From a virus: DNA of 64,000 nucleotides. The position numbers and the translations under genes were made by a program. Under the pieces are notes generated by a model. That model worked only from the letters and a program-made list of their open reading frames with translations. It searched no databases and had not been told where the DNA came from. The stretch is taken from IMG/VR virus record IMGVR_UViG_3300035696_000013, positions 1 through 64,000 of that record; one strand, given 5' to 3'. This document shows, piece by piece, positions 9,889-21,023 of this stretch; position 1 is the first letter of the stretch, and every line of letters begins with the position of its first letter.

Positions 9889-12800
9889 TTATAATGCTAA
9901 CTGTGTCGGAAGATTTCCCGAACTTGGAGCCAAACGAAGCACTCCGTCGTTATAAACTGTCCATGTAAATGTGGCATTAGCGTTTACACCTGAATCCGTT
10001 ACTGAAATTGTTAGATTGTTAGATCCTACAATACCACTGGCAAAACCAATGCCATCTAACTTAATCAGAGCCACGCCCGAGATAATGGATTCTACTACTG
10101 CTGCCACGTTAGGATTACCTACAGTCACTGCCAACTGAGAAGGCAGAGTCGAAATCACTCCTGTAGCAACAACATAGAACGAAAGATTAGGACGCGGATT
10201 AATAGAATCCGGGGATCCTGCATCTATGTAACCCAAAATGTTGGTAGCAGTGCTATCTTCATAATCAATACCCGTTTGTAGAGCAAGACCTTGGCCAACT
10301 GTAAATGTAAATGTGGCCTCGGCAAAGGCTCCAATATTATCCGTTACACGAAGTGTAATCGGCTTACTGAATCCGACCAGAATTGTGGTTCCCGAAACTG
10401 CTCCTGTTATCGGATTTAATGCTAGTCCTGTTGGTAGCTGATTTGCTGAAGCAGGAGAAATAGACCATGTGTAAGGAGTATTGGGATCTCCTCCTGCTGC
10501 AAATGTGAATATGTAAGCACGGCCACCTACAGGTTGATTCAAATTTAGTTGCGCCTGAGTTGTTGTAATTGCTAACCCGGCTGCCTGTGATGTCAATGTT
10601 AGTGGTGTAGCAACAGAGCTATTTAGCAATGTATCAGTTGCTGTAAAGTTGAACAATTGAGAGAACAAAATAGTTGCGCTACCCGTAATCAAACCACTAC
10701 TTGAAAGCGATAGACCATTGAATGGGAAAGTTGGACTACTGCCCCAAACATACGGCGGTACACCACCCGAAGCTGTCAATTGGTAGCTGTACGATCCACC
10801 AACCGTAGCATTAGGCAATGATGTAGTTGTAACAACCACACTATTGGCAACTGTACTCAAACTGACTAAAGCTGCTGCTGATTGACCAGAATTATCCACA
10901 GCAACTACACGGACCAAATATCCAACAAGTGCTGGACCAGAGTATGTGCCAGAGATTACAGCCTGTACACCTAATGTTGAAGCATCGGCTGCCAATGATA
11001 ATCCTGCAGGCAAGAAATTGGGATCTGTTGCTGTAGGCGAAACTTGCCAATTAATTGGTGTCACATAGGGTCCATCAACAACGAGACGACCTTGGTATGT
11101 TTGACCACGTGGAATTGGTCCAATGCCCGATTGATCAATTGTTAGAACCGGAGTTCCAGTCTTAACTGTAAAGATTCCAGATGCTGTATTAGCAGCTGAA
11201 TCCGTCACAGTAATTGAAACTGTTTGGTTGTAGCCAACTACGCTAGTTGCGCCAGAGAATTTACCACCAGCAGGTTCTTCTGCTGGAGGAGTTGGACTTG
11301 TAGCATCAAAGACGATACCTGTTGGCAAAGTTCCCGCAGTCATTTGCCACTTGTAGAAACCACCAGCAAAGGGAACTCCTCCTGTTGCTTGCATAGCAAA
11401 CGAGTAGGCTGAAGTATCTGCCGGAATAGTTGCAATGCCATTTGTTGGAGTCAAGATACGCAATGTATTGTTATAGACAAGATCCAGCACGCTTGTAGCA
11501 GCTGAATTTACTCCACGAGTATCAGTGAGAGTTAGACTGATGTTGCCCAAATCAGTTGGACTAGTACCTGGAGGAGAAGTCAAAGTTCCTGAAATAGTTC
11601 CCGTTCCATCCACGTTAGTAATCAGAGACAAACCAGCAAAGTTACCTGTGCCGATTCCATGTGTAGGTGTCCAACCTACGCCTTGGAATTGTGGTGAAGT
11701 CCAAGAAGCATAAGGCGGAATACCACCAAATCCTTGCAAGTTTGTTGAATATGCTTGAGCACTGATAGCTGGCAATGAAGTTGTTAGAATAACCAACGGA
11801 ATAATGTAATCAACTGAAATTCGGTAATGAACATACGAATTCCGAGGACCTGCTGTAACACGGAACCAAGCATCAAAATATCCAGCTTCAGTAGCTAGAC
11901 CAGAAACAACTACATGAGTTCCATCTGTACTGACAGAGAAACCAGTGGGTAGATTGCCCGCAAAAAGTGTAGCAGTAGAAAGAGTGACACCAGTAGGAGC
12001 AGTGAATGCGTTAACTGTGTAAGTAGTGCCTGTCTGCAAATCATCCAATCCACCGTTATTGATTAGTTGGAAATCGCTACCTAGTGTCAACCAGTTAACT
12101 GTAACTGTACCATGAACTAATCCAGAAGAATCTACATACTCAAGAACACTGCTACTAGAAGCCGGGGCAAGCAAGTAACCGTAGATTAATCCTGTATTAG
12201 CATCTAATGACAATCCTGTTGGTAGAGAAGAAGCGGCCTGAACACGCACTGTTAATGCAATTGCCGATGGTGTTGGAGTAAATGATGGAATAACGGTGCC
12301 ATCAGGAGAATTCCAATAAGGCTTGCGCGGATTTAGTCCAACAAAATCTCCTACGATATAGGGACGAGTGTAAGTTGCAATAGTACCAACTTCCCCTGGA
12401 GCTGCACTGTCATCATGAGTATCCAATGTGTAAGGACGAGAGATCTGAGCAACTTGATTCGTTCCTTGATAAATCTGTAGAGGGAATCGTAATTCTGCGT
12501 TACGGAAAGTTGTTGCTGGACCTGTGACTTCAGCATCCGGAACTACAGGATTAATATCAGCCGATAGACCATTGAATGGTGACAGAGTTACAGGATTCAA
12601 TGTGAATCCTGATAGATTTCCAAGGATGGCAATTGTAACTTCTTCCACATCGATTGCTGTTCCTGTATCGGAGGCCAATGTGTAAGTAGCATGAGTGAAA
12701 TTAGCTGTGAATCCAGTATAAATTGGACCGGGACCAATTAGAGAAGTCACTACAACCGTTTGTCCATTTAAGAAAGTCGCGGTTGTTAGACCATTCAGCA

Positions 12801-15800
12801 AAACCGATTGTCCTACTGAAAGAACGTTGTTAGCAGTAACAGATAGCACGTTGCTGCCATTAATCGCAATTGCTGTAATCTTAACTGTATTCGACCAGTA
12901 ATGAGCAAAGAAGGCATTCTGCATTCGTACATCACTAATGCGTTGTCCTGCTGTAAAATTGAAAGACGTAGGATTTGGCAATGTGAACGAAGTGCTATCG
13001 GTAATATTCAAAGTAAAAGCTCGAACACCCACAGCAGTTGTAGGAATGTCCAACTTAATTTCGGCTCTTCCATCTTGCAGCGTATGAGTTGCTGGAGGAA
13101 CAGAAGTTCCATCATCTGTGTAAAGCAAATTTGAGTAAGGCGATTGTCCACCAAAAATTGGGACGCCGAGAATAAAGTCTTGCTGACAGAAGATGCGCGG
13201 CTGATCTATTGGACCAAACTGAAGAGCCGCTGGGAATAAGTGGATTGTATAAACCTTGCTAGCTTTAGCTCCAATAGCATCTGTGATTTGGATAGTAGCA
13301 GAAAATGGAGTGCTAAAATCTCCTGGTTGTGAAGGATTAATTCCTACCGAATTGTATGTACAAGGCACTCCGGAGAGAGCGCCTGTATTAGGATCGATAG
13401 TGATTCCAATAGGTAGTGCTCCAGCTGCAATCTCCCAAGTATACGGAGGCAGACCGCCGCTAGAAATCAATTGCACATTGTACGGCGTCAAGACAGTAGC
13501 GTTAGGAATTGACACAGTGTTGATGGACAAATCCGTTTGAATTGTAAACGGCAGAGTAGTCTCAGCAATGAAAGCAGGACTGCTAGAATCAATGACTGCA
13601 AAATTGGTGTTGAAAGTTCCCAATGCAGTTGGAATTCCACTAATCGTTCCATCCACACTCATTTGTAGACCAGGAGGCAAGGTATCATCATTGGCCCATT
13701 CGTATGGAGGCAAGCCGCCGCTTGCCTGCATCTTGAATTGAGTCATAGTCTTGCCTACAATAGCATTGGGCAATGTAGTTGTTGTAATTCTAACAGGAAT
13801 AGCTGAGGTTGCCGAAGTAACGGTTAGAATATTGCTTGGGACAATGAGTTCTTTTGCATGTGGACGACCTTCTACAGGGAAGACATCCAGAGCCATTGTT
13901 CCTAACTCAGAACTTGCGTTTGAGAAACGGGAAGTCAGAACTAATAGCTTCAATTCATTGGTAATCGTATCGCGAACCATAGCGCGAGCTACAACAGAGT
14001 AAGGCTGTGGTGTGGCAACAGTAGTCGTTGCATCAACGATTTCGAATCCTTCAGGACCACCAAAACCCAGTGTTCCAGTAAGAGAACTTTGCGCTGCTGC
14101 CTGTGGATTGAACTGTTGGTCCATAACAAAAATTGGAATGGCCAACGAACGATACAATTTAACAGGTGGCGTGGCATTGGAGAAATCCATAATAGTTTCA
14201 ACAATAATGTTGAAAGCACCTGGTACAGAGAATGATTTTGCAACCGAGCGAGATGAAAGTGGTAATGCGCCTGTACTGGTGTTATCGGGCCAAATAACTT
14301 GCCAACCTGTGGCTCCCGCAATAGTTCCAGGATAGGTGTTCAACAGAGTCACAGTGACTGTTTGGCCTAGCAAAAGTGTAGCGTTATCAAGAGATACCTG
14401 TGCTGCAACCAAAGGTGAAGGGAAAGTGTGCTGATTGTCCCAATACGGTGAATTCAATGCTATTGTTAAATCTGACGATTCGGCTTGCATGTTGATGCCG
14501 TAATCGCCAGTTGTTAATTGCTCTTGGAAAATACGAGAGTCTGGAGATGAACCAGAGAATTCAAGACCTGTTGGTTTTGAGCCATTCAATAATTGAATAA
14601 CAGGAGTTGCTGTAGGTGGTGTAGCTAGAGTGATATTCCAGTCTTTGTAAATTCCATAACCACCATTTACAGAAAGAGGATTCCAATTCAAAACAAGAAA
14701 ATTAGTGCTATCAATAGTTCCAACTGCTGGAGCAGGACGCAAAGGTTGCAATGTTTCGATAGAACTACTCACAACGATTACAGGTACAGAATACGAAGTG
14801 CCATAGAAACTCGTACCATACACACTGTAGATATTCGTTCCTGTCTGACTAAGTGCCCAGCTGACCGATCCAGCCACATTACGAACAATTCCTGTTGGTT
14901 GTTGTTCTAGATCTAAGGTAAAGCTTGGATCGTTAGTGCCACCAACAATACTCCAATTGATTATAAATTGAGCGCCATCAGGTGACTGTGAAACACTGGA
15001 AGTCGGATTTGTAATGGCCAAAGGAAGAGCAAGAGCCGTAACTGTTAGAGTTACAGTAGAGCTATAACCACGTGTATATCCAGTCTTAGATGCAGAAACT
15101 AGGAATGTGTAGATCCCTGGCTTCAAATTATTGCCAGCAATTTGTCCAGCATTGTTAATGTAAACTCCATCGGGAGCGCCGTAGAGTTCAAATGTAACTC
15201 CAGTAACTGGATTACCAAAACTAGGAGAGGCAGGATCATTGTTAGTTGCTGCCAATGTTACAGGAGTCATTAAAGCTCCTGTATTGGTTGCAATCGAATT
15301 ACCTCCTGTCAAAGCTACTGCTAGAGGTGGCAATCCATTTGTCATATAGATTACTTCAGCAAAACCACTACGACCACCAGAAACCGCTGAAGCTTGTATT
15401 GTCCACTTTTCTCCAATAGCTCCCGTAGGAAATGTTACGCTAACCGGGGCAGTCCAGCTGTTACCACTATTGAGGTGTATAGAAGATGGAGGTGTTAAAG
15501 TACCTTCTAAAGCGGATCCTTTTACTACCGCAAATGACACTAAGAAATCTTCAACTCCCGATCCATCAGCTGTAAGTGTAAACGGAACGACATCTCCCGT
15601 GCAAGCTTGTTTGGTATCGGCGTCTAATTTAATCTTTGCAGAAGTGGTAGCTGTCCAAGAACCTACCACAGCAGCCGGAATAGCAGGCAGGATTACTTGA
15701 CCAACTGTGTTTATTCCGAACGTGATAGTTAGTACAACTGCAAATGTTGTTGTAGCAGTAGCCGTAACTTCTAAAGTTGGAATCACACCGTTGCTTGGAA

Positions 15801-16665
15801 CTGTACCAGTAAGAGAGCCACCCACAACATTGTAGGTTCCTGCGCCAGGAGTGATTGTGTAAGTATAAGTCAATGGAGCAGAAGCACGACCTTGTAGATA
15901 ATGGACTAAACCATCCAGATGTAGATAGCTAGTTACTGGATCTACATAGGAACCCACTGCTAGATCTACTGTGCCTAGTTTCTGAGTTAGAGATTCAATC
16001 GTTAGATTTAAACTGTAAGCACGATCTGGTGTATCGTAGAAAGATCCTACTTGATAGCCTTGAATAGTAAGAGGAACACTGACTGGGCTAGAAGTGTAAA
16101 TCTGGATTCCTCCAGCAAGATTTGCAAAAGAAGGATCTGATCCTCGTAAAACTAATTGATTCTCATCTGATGTAACAAATTCAAGACCTGTAGGCATCGA
16201 ACCGGGCAGAATGAAATTTACACCACTTTGCACAACGTTGCCCAATCCCAATCCTTGGATGATGGAATCGGGAATTGTACTATCATAAGATTGCAGACTG
16301 ATTGTTGTTCCACCACCTAGATACGCAAGCACAAGAGGTTGTTTAACTTCCAAGAAGAATGGGAAATAAACCGTTGTGACTCCATCAGTACAAGAAACAT
16401 AAAATTCATACGGGGTGGGTTGAAAAGTTGCGCCCGAAAAATTAAGAGTGGCTACAAGACTGTTAGGACTGATGTTCATTGTAACAAATCCAGGGGCATC
16501 TACTAATTGCCACGCTGGAGTTGCTACTGGATTCAAAGCAGTAAGAGTACCTAATGTTCCTGTTCCTAGAGAAACAACACGGACCGATAGACCACTGGAA
16601 TTTTGAGCCAGAGGTAACACAAGATCGGTTACTGATGAAAAGCTTGGTGAAAGCGTTAGTGCCAT
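9889..16665 (-). CDS. Large virion adhesin with putative Ig (He_PIG-like) repeats
   Basis: 2258 aa with repeated 'ITTTTLPNA.VG..Y...L.ASGG.PPY.W....LP.GL.....G.ISG.P' units. Confidence 0.75.
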   Translation of the reverse strand: MALTLSPSFSSVTDLVLPLAQNSSGLSVRVVSLGTGTLGTLTALNPVATPAWQLVDAPGFVTMNISPNSLVATLNFSGATFQPTPYEFYVSCTDGVTTVYFPFFLEVKQPLVLAYLGGGTTISLQSYDSTIPDSIIQGLGLGNVVQSGVNFILPGSMPTGLEFVTSDENQLVLRGSDPSFANLAGGIQIYTSSPVSVPLTIQGYQVGSFYDTPDRAYSLNLTIESLTQKLGTVDLAVGSYVDPVTSYLHLDGLVHYLQGRASAPLTYTYTITPGAGTYNVVGGSLTGTVPSNGVIPTLEVTATATTTFAVVLTITFGINTVGQVILPAIPAAVVGSWTATTSAKIKLDADTKQACTGDVVPFTLTADGSGVEDFLVSFAVVKGSALEGTLTPPSSIHLNSGNSWTAPVSVTFPTGAIGEKWTIQASAVSGGRSGFAEVIYMTNGLPPLAVALTGGNSIATNTGALMTPVTLAATNNDPASPSFGNPVTGVTFELYGAPDGVYINNAGQIAGNNLKPGIYTFLVSASKTGYTRGYSSTVTLTVTALALPLAITNPTSSVSQSPDGAQFIINWSIVGGTNDPSFTLDLEQQPTGIVRNVAGSVSWALSQTGTNIYSVYGTSFYGTSYSVPVIVVSSSIETLQPLRPAPAVGTIDSTNFLVLNWNPLSVNGGYGIYKDWNITLATPPTATPVIQLLNGSKPTGLEFSGSSPDSRIFQEQLTTGDYGINMQAESSDLTIALNSPYWDNQHTFPSPLVAAQVSLDNATLLLGQTVTVTLLNTYPGTIAGATGWQVIWPDNTSTGALPLSSRSVAKSFSVPGAFNIIVETIMDFSNATPPVKLYRSLAIPIFVMDQQFNPQAAAQSSLTGTLGFGGPEGFEIVDATTTVATPQPYSVVARAMVRDTITNELKLLVLTSRFSNASSELGTMALDVFPVEGRPHAKELIVPSNILTVTSATSAIPVRITTTTLPNAIVGKTMTQFKMQASGGLPPYEWANDDTLPPGLQMSVDGTISGIPTALGTFNTNFAVIDSSSPAFIAETTLPFTIQTDLSINTVSIPNATVLTPYNVQLISSGGLPPYTWEIAAGALPIGITIDPNTGALSGVPCTYNSVGINPSQPGDFSTPFSATIQITDAIGAKASKVYTIHLFPAALQFGPIDQPRIFCQQDFILGVPIFGGQSPYSNLLYTDDGTSVPPATHTLQDGRAEIKLDIPTTAVGVRAFTLNITDSTSFTLPNPTSFNFTAGQRISDVRMQNAFFAHYWSNTVKITAIAINGSNVLSVTANNVLSVGQSVLLNGLTTATFLNGQTVVVTSLIGPGPIYTGFTANFTHATYTLASDTGTAIDVEEVTIAILGNLSGFTLNPVTLSPFNGLSADINPVVPDAEVTGPATTFRNAELRFPLQIYQGTNQVAQISRPYTLDTHDDSAAPGEVGTIATYTRPYIVGDFVGLNPRKPYWNSPDGTVIPSFTPTPSAIALTVRVQAASSLPTGLSLDANTGLIYGYLLAPASSSSVLEYVDSSGLVHGTVTVNWLTLGSDFQLINNGGLDDLQTGTTYTVNAFTAPTGVTLSTATLFAGNLPTGFSVSTDGTHVVVSGLATEAGYFDAWFRVTAGPRNSYVHYRISVDYIIPLVILTTSLPAISAQAYSTNLQGFGGIPPYASWTSPQFQGVGWTPTHGIGTGNFAGLSLITNVDGTGTISGTLTSPPGTSPTDLGNISLTLTDTRGVNSAATSVLDLVYNNTLRILTPTNGIATIPADTSAYSFAMQATGGVPFAGGFYKWQMTAGTLPTGIVFDATSPTPPAEEPAGGKFSGATSVVGYNQTVSITVTDSAANTASGIFTVKTGTPVLTIDQSGIGPIPRGQTYQGRLVVDGPYVTPINWQVSPTATDPNFLPAGLSLAADASTLGVQAVISGTYSGPALVGYLVRVVAVDNSGQSAAALVSLSTVANSVVVTTTSLPNATVGGSYSYQLTASGGVPPYVWGSSPTFPFNGLSLSSSGLITGSATILFSQLFNFTATDTLLNSSVATPLTLTSQAAGLAITTTQAQLNLNQPVGGRAYIFTFAAGGDPNTPYTWSISPASANQLPTGLALNPITGAVSGTTILVGFSKPITLRVTDNIGAFAEATFTFTVGQGLALQTGIDYEDSTATNILGYIDAGSPDSINPRPNLSFYVVATGVISTLPSQLAVTVGNPNVAAVVESIISGVALIKLDGIGFASGIVGSNNLTISVTDSGVNANATFTWTVYNDGVLRLAPSSGNLPTQLAL

Positions 16666-16677
16666 CTATCTATCCTA

Positions 16678-19600
16678 TTATAAATTCGTCACCACACTTG
16701 AAGAAGCATCCACTTGGATTCCTCCCAAGAATGGGTTAATCGAAACAGTGCGTGAAAGAGCCGAATTCACAGATACCGTTGCTTGCCCATTAGATTGCCA
16801 ATCCGAATTGCAAACGATACTGGAACTGATTTCTGCAATCGCAACGACTGTTGTTGCTAGAACATTTGTCTCTTCTTCCGAAGTGATTCCATGCGTTTGC
16901 AACGTCAAGTTCGACTGGCGTTCAGCTACAAAGAAAACGCCCGGTGTTGCTCCTGCATCTACAATTAAAATTGGACTTGCAACTGTCAATTGTGAAGAAG
17001 ACAAAATGATTCCCGTTCCACCTGTGCCCATCTGAACTGTACAATCAGAAAGAACTACAGTGCAACCGTCTTCAAATGAACCCGCTGTTATATTATCTTG
17101 CCAAATGCAATTTACAAATTCGATATCGGAATCAATAGCTTTGATAGCAGGATTTGTAAATCCTTTGAAAGTTAAATTGTTGAAAATTACACGAGTAGAA
17201 TCGATAAAGAATGCCGATGTAGGACCGTCTCCGAATCCAGTAAAACCAGTACCATCGATTATAGCATTAGTAGTTGCCCCAGCTTGAGTGGTGATGACGA
17301 AACGGCCCGAAGCCTGAACTGAAAAAGCGATATTTGCCAATGCATACCACTTAGTCGCAATGATAGTTCCATCGCCCAATGGGACTGTAACCAGAGATGA
17401 AGCCAATTGTGTAATAGAATAAGGCTGCCCCGTAGGAATAAGTTGAATGTCACAAGGATGACGTAAAACAGGAGGCAAAGCCGACATAGCTGCCGAGATA
17501 GTGGCCTTGGGAGTGTTTGCAGTCAAACCATCGTTGCTATCATTACCATTTAAGTTGTTTACATACAATGTGATAGGAGCCGTTGTTGCCTGCAAATTTT
17601 GACCCAATACAGTACGAGGAACTGGAGGTCGAATAGCATATCCCAAGTGAGGAATTGCCACTGAAAATCCTCGTCCCCCGGCTGTAACAAATTGAACCTC
17701 TCTTCGAAGATCTCGATTAACTGGAGGAATGAAATCGTTCGTGTGCAAAGGAACTAAGAAAGTATCTTCTACGTTGTTCATACGCATTGCTTCATAATTG
17801 CTATCAAAGAATGAAGCCAATGGCGAATTGTTTAGAGTAGCATCATTCCAAGAAGCCTGTGATGGCAAAGTGGTAACAATGGGCAATTCACGATTATATG
17901 GATAAACATCCTGAAGACCAATAATAGGCGCGGCTCCCGTACCATTAGTAGTAACTAAAGCATTGTCTTCGTTGTGAATAAGCTCATAATTACGTTGAGT
18001 AACGCCTTCTCCCTGGTAAGGAACATAGTGCATTGAAACTACAAAAGTGCTCGTGGAAGAAAGAGCAGGAAGAATTGAACCCACAAAGAAGAAAGCTTGA
18101 GTAATTAAATTAACACTTGCCGGACAGACCACAGTGATCAATCCATTACTGAAATTTACACTATTCAAAAGAACAGCATCGAAATTTCCCGAAGTGTCTT
18201 GCACAAACACAAATTGATTGACATCGTCACCACTGACGCCTTTAATCGTGCAATTATTAGCAGCCAGAACAACAGTATTGGTCAAAGCAATAGGATCGTA
18301 AGCAATAGAAACTATGGAGACTCGAGAATCCATGTTGAACTTACTGTTCCCTACATAGTTTCCGAATAAGACTGTTTCCTCCAAGGCAGTTATTCCTTTG
18401 ACAGGAGCATTGTAAGCCACCTGACAAGTATCCTGCGCAAGGAATGAAAAAACAACAGTAGAGGAAGGATCGACCGCACCTTGGATTGTGATGATACAAT
18501 TATCAGTTCCTGAGGTAGTAATGATGCGCGAAGAAATGGTATAGAAATTTCCTGTCGCATAGTCCCAAGCACGAGTGCAATACCAACCATTAACCTTGTT
18601 ATTCATTGCAGTACGAGGAATCGTAAAGGTTGTGATTGTCGTACCGCCTACAATTTGTTGCACTCCTTGAGAACCTGGAACCTGAATCCAAATGCGAGTA
18701 CCAAATATCACATTGCTGTAAAGTGGACTTATAGCCCAAACTTGATAAGCATTCAAAGCTGTCTGTGAAGCTTGCAAATCGTATTCCGAAACTCCATAAA
18801 CAGGAAGAGTTTTACCTGCAACAGTATCCTGGAGATAGCCGCCGTCTATTACGAATGGAATCTTTCGAAGATCAATTCCTGAACCAGCCGGATATTCAAC
18901 TCCCATTGTGATATAGAGATTGTTTGAGCCAGGATCAAATTGTGTTCCGTGTAAATCTTTACTGAATACTACAGTGACTGATTTGGAACCAAGACCACTA
19001 ATAGCAATCTGACCTGCCAACAAATTAACCGGAAGTTTGGTGCCGTTTTGTGTGTTGCTGACCAAAGCTTGAACATTTATCTGTGAAATAGTCGCATTCG
19101 AAATAGATGGCAAAGAAACCGTAAAGGCATCGTTCAATGTCCAAGCTACCCCTAATTGACCAACTGATTTTTGATTGACTGAGATAGCTTGTGTAGTAAA
19201 GAAAGTACGTTGATCAGAACTAAATCCATTTGCGAAACCATCCCAAGTACCAATCGTATTGGTATCCCCCACAGCTGTAGGAGCCATAGCTATAATGTAA
19301 GCGAGAGTTGAACCCAATGCCGAAGAAGAATAACCCGGCGTCTCTCCACGACTGATTGCTAAACGAGTGTTGCCCGTAATCACATCGGTAAAACCTTCCC
19401 GCATGATCTTGTCAATATCCCAACCCGAGAGATCAATTGTGCTACGTGTGTCAACAGCATTATCTGAAAAAATTTGATCTGCTAAACGAGAGTCAAAACG
19501 TCCAGAGATACGATATTGTAACAGACCAGAATTTGGATTCAAAGGATCGGCACAGCCAAACAAGTTGTTTACAAGATCAAAGGGACCTGAATTACGTTGG

Positions 19601-20433
19601 AAAACTACAGCAACTGGAAAAGCGTAGCTGTATCCATCCATAGTTCCCAAAGAATTATTTACATTGCCATCTCCGGCTCGCCATACAGCTGTGTCTCCAT
19701 TGATAGAACCCATATTGGTCCATTGCATAGCAGGAATCCGAATTGGAGCAGACTGTCCCGCTTGAGCATAAACTATTTCTTGTGGAATAGCGCCAGGGTC
19801 AAGACCGAATTTGTACTTGGTGAAATCGTAAGTTAAAGCAACACGCTGTACATTGAAACGCCATTGTATCTGTGCTCTCTCTGTGGTGAATAACCCTTGG
19901 AAAGGATCCACAGAATCGTCGGGGAGATTTTCAGCGTTACTTGAATCTGGTTTGACACAACCATAAGGATAGAAATACTTCAGATTTGTGACTGGATCTA
20001 TGTAGTAACCTTGTCCAGTAATTGGATTTAATGCTTGGTACCAGAGTTCCAAGAACACAACATAGATACGAGCAGGTTCATCCGTAACACCCAATGTCCA
20101 AAAAGCCGGGGCAGGAACAAGAACACGATTCAGAGTTTGATCTGCCGATTGAAATCCTGCGATTGTAATCACTTCGCCGTTAAACAAGACATCGTACTGT
20201 GGAACATAGAAAACATTTTCCAAGAAAGGCTGAAATTGTATGGCAAAATAAGTCAAGGCTCCTGAGGTTGTTTGGTCGGCGAGAAGCCGCTGATGTTTTG
20301 AGTCTTGTAGGTCTTGGATTAAATTGATATCGGCATCGGTAATTTGTTTATCATGAAGGCCGACAATGGTAATAAGAGATTTTCCCGAGGGGTCAAGAGT
20401 CCGGGACACATTCGTGGGATAAGTTTTTGGCAT
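16678..20433 (-). CDS. Baseplate-associated fibre protein with C-terminal beta-helix
   Basis: 1251 aa. The N-terminus resembles baseplate/fibre proteins (ITDADINLIQD...VVFLELWYQ), followed by 'LYVNNLNGNDSNDGLTANTPKATISAA' and beta-helix-like repeats. Confidence 0.6.
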   Translation of the reverse strand: MPKTYPTNVSRTLDPSGKSLITIVGLHDKQITDADINLIQDLQDSKHQRLLADQTTSGALTYFAIQFQPFLENVFYVPQYDVLFNGEVITIAGFQSADQTLNRVLVPAPAFWTLGVTDEPARIYVVFLELWYQALNPITGQGYYIDPVTNLKYFYPYGCVKPDSSNAENLPDDSVDPFQGLFTTERAQIQWRFNVQRVALTYDFTKYKFGLDPGAIPQEIVYAQAGQSAPIRIPAMQWTNMGSINGDTAVWRAGDGNVNNSLGTMDGYSYAFPVAVVFQRNSGPFDLVNNLFGCADPLNPNSGLLQYRISGRFDSRLADQIFSDNAVDTRSTIDLSGWDIDKIMREGFTDVITGNTRLAISRGETPGYSSSALGSTLAYIIAMAPTAVGDTNTIGTWDGFANGFSSDQRTFFTTQAISVNQKSVGQLGVAWTLNDAFTVSLPSISNATISQINVQALVSNTQNGTKLPVNLLAGQIAISGLGSKSVTVVFSKDLHGTQFDPGSNNLYITMGVEYPAGSGIDLRKIPFVIDGGYLQDTVAGKTLPVYGVSEYDLQASQTALNAYQVWAISPLYSNVIFGTRIWIQVPGSQGVQQIVGGTTITTFTIPRTAMNNKVNGWYCTRAWDYATGNFYTISSRIITTSGTDNCIITIQGAVDPSSTVVFSFLAQDTCQVAYNAPVKGITALEETVLFGNYVGNSKFNMDSRVSIVSIAYDPIALTNTVVLAANNCTIKGVSGDDVNQFVFVQDTSGNFDAVLLNSVNFSNGLITVVCPASVNLITQAFFFVGSILPALSSTSTFVVSMHYVPYQGEGVTQRNYELIHNEDNALVTTNGTGAAPIIGLQDVYPYNRELPIVTTLPSQASWNDATLNNSPLASFFDSNYEAMRMNNVEDTFLVPLHTNDFIPPVNRDLRREVQFVTAGGRGFSVAIPHLGYAIRPPVPRTVLGQNLQATTAPITLYVNNLNGNDSNDGLTANTPKATISAAMSALPPVLRHPCDIQLIPTGQPYSITQLASSLVTVPLGDGTIIATKWYALANIAFSVQASGRFVITTQAGATTNAIIDGTGFTGFGDGPTSAFFIDSTRVIFNNLTFKGFTNPAIKAIDSDIEFVNCIWQDNITAGSFEDGCTVVLSDCTVQMGTGGTGIILSSSQLTVASPILIVDAGATPGVFFVAERQSNLTLQTHGITSEEETNVLATTVVAIAEISSSIVCNSDWQSNGQATVSVNSALSRTVSINPFLGGIQVDASSSVVTNL

Positions 20434-20500
20434 TACAATCTAGACTCCGAAAGCGACTATTTATCCTTCTTATAGGTAGCGCAAAGTCCGGAGAACATGA

Positions 20501-21019
20501 ATGGCTATAATTCCTTACGATTTTATCGATCAAGATATTGTTTCGACTGAACTCATCAATCCTTTGGACATGGATTCTTTCTATAACCCCACAACTCAAG
20601 GACATACGGGTTTTGCTGCCGATGGAATTCATTACACTGCTGGAGTACAAGATCCAGGACCTATCTTTGCATCTTGGTACACAGAATACGACCCAAATAC
20701 TTTCAATCCATACAGAGGGAACCAAGCTGCTTTCCCTGCTGCTGGCCTGATATTGCTCTCAAAAGTATCTCTCACTATTCTCAATGAAACTGAGAATACT
20801 ATACCTTTGTGGATGCAATTTCTTTTGAATGACGAATTTATGCTCGCTAATAATTTCAATCAAGGATTAGATGGCTGGACTCCTAATGGACTAAGTTATG
20901 CAGATGGGATTGTGTCGGTACTTTACACTCCTGATGCAGGAAATGTAACTATCGTGTCCCCTATGATAGTGTCGATAGATTTTGGACAAGATCTGGCCTA
21001 TCTGGATGTAGCCACATAA
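20501..21019 (+). CDS. Hypothetical protein
   Basis: 172 aa with GGAG SD-like sequence upstream, divergent from the structural operon. Confidence 0.6.
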   Translation: MAIIPYDFIDQDIVSTELINPLDMDSFYNPTTQGHTGFAADGIHYTAGVQDPGPIFASWYTEYDPNTFNPYRGNQAAFPAAGLILLSKVSLTILNETENTIPLWMQFLLNDEFMLANNFNQGLDGWTPNGLSYADGIVSVLYTPDAGNVTIVSPMIVSIDFGQDLAYLDVAT

Positions 21020-21023
21020 GGAG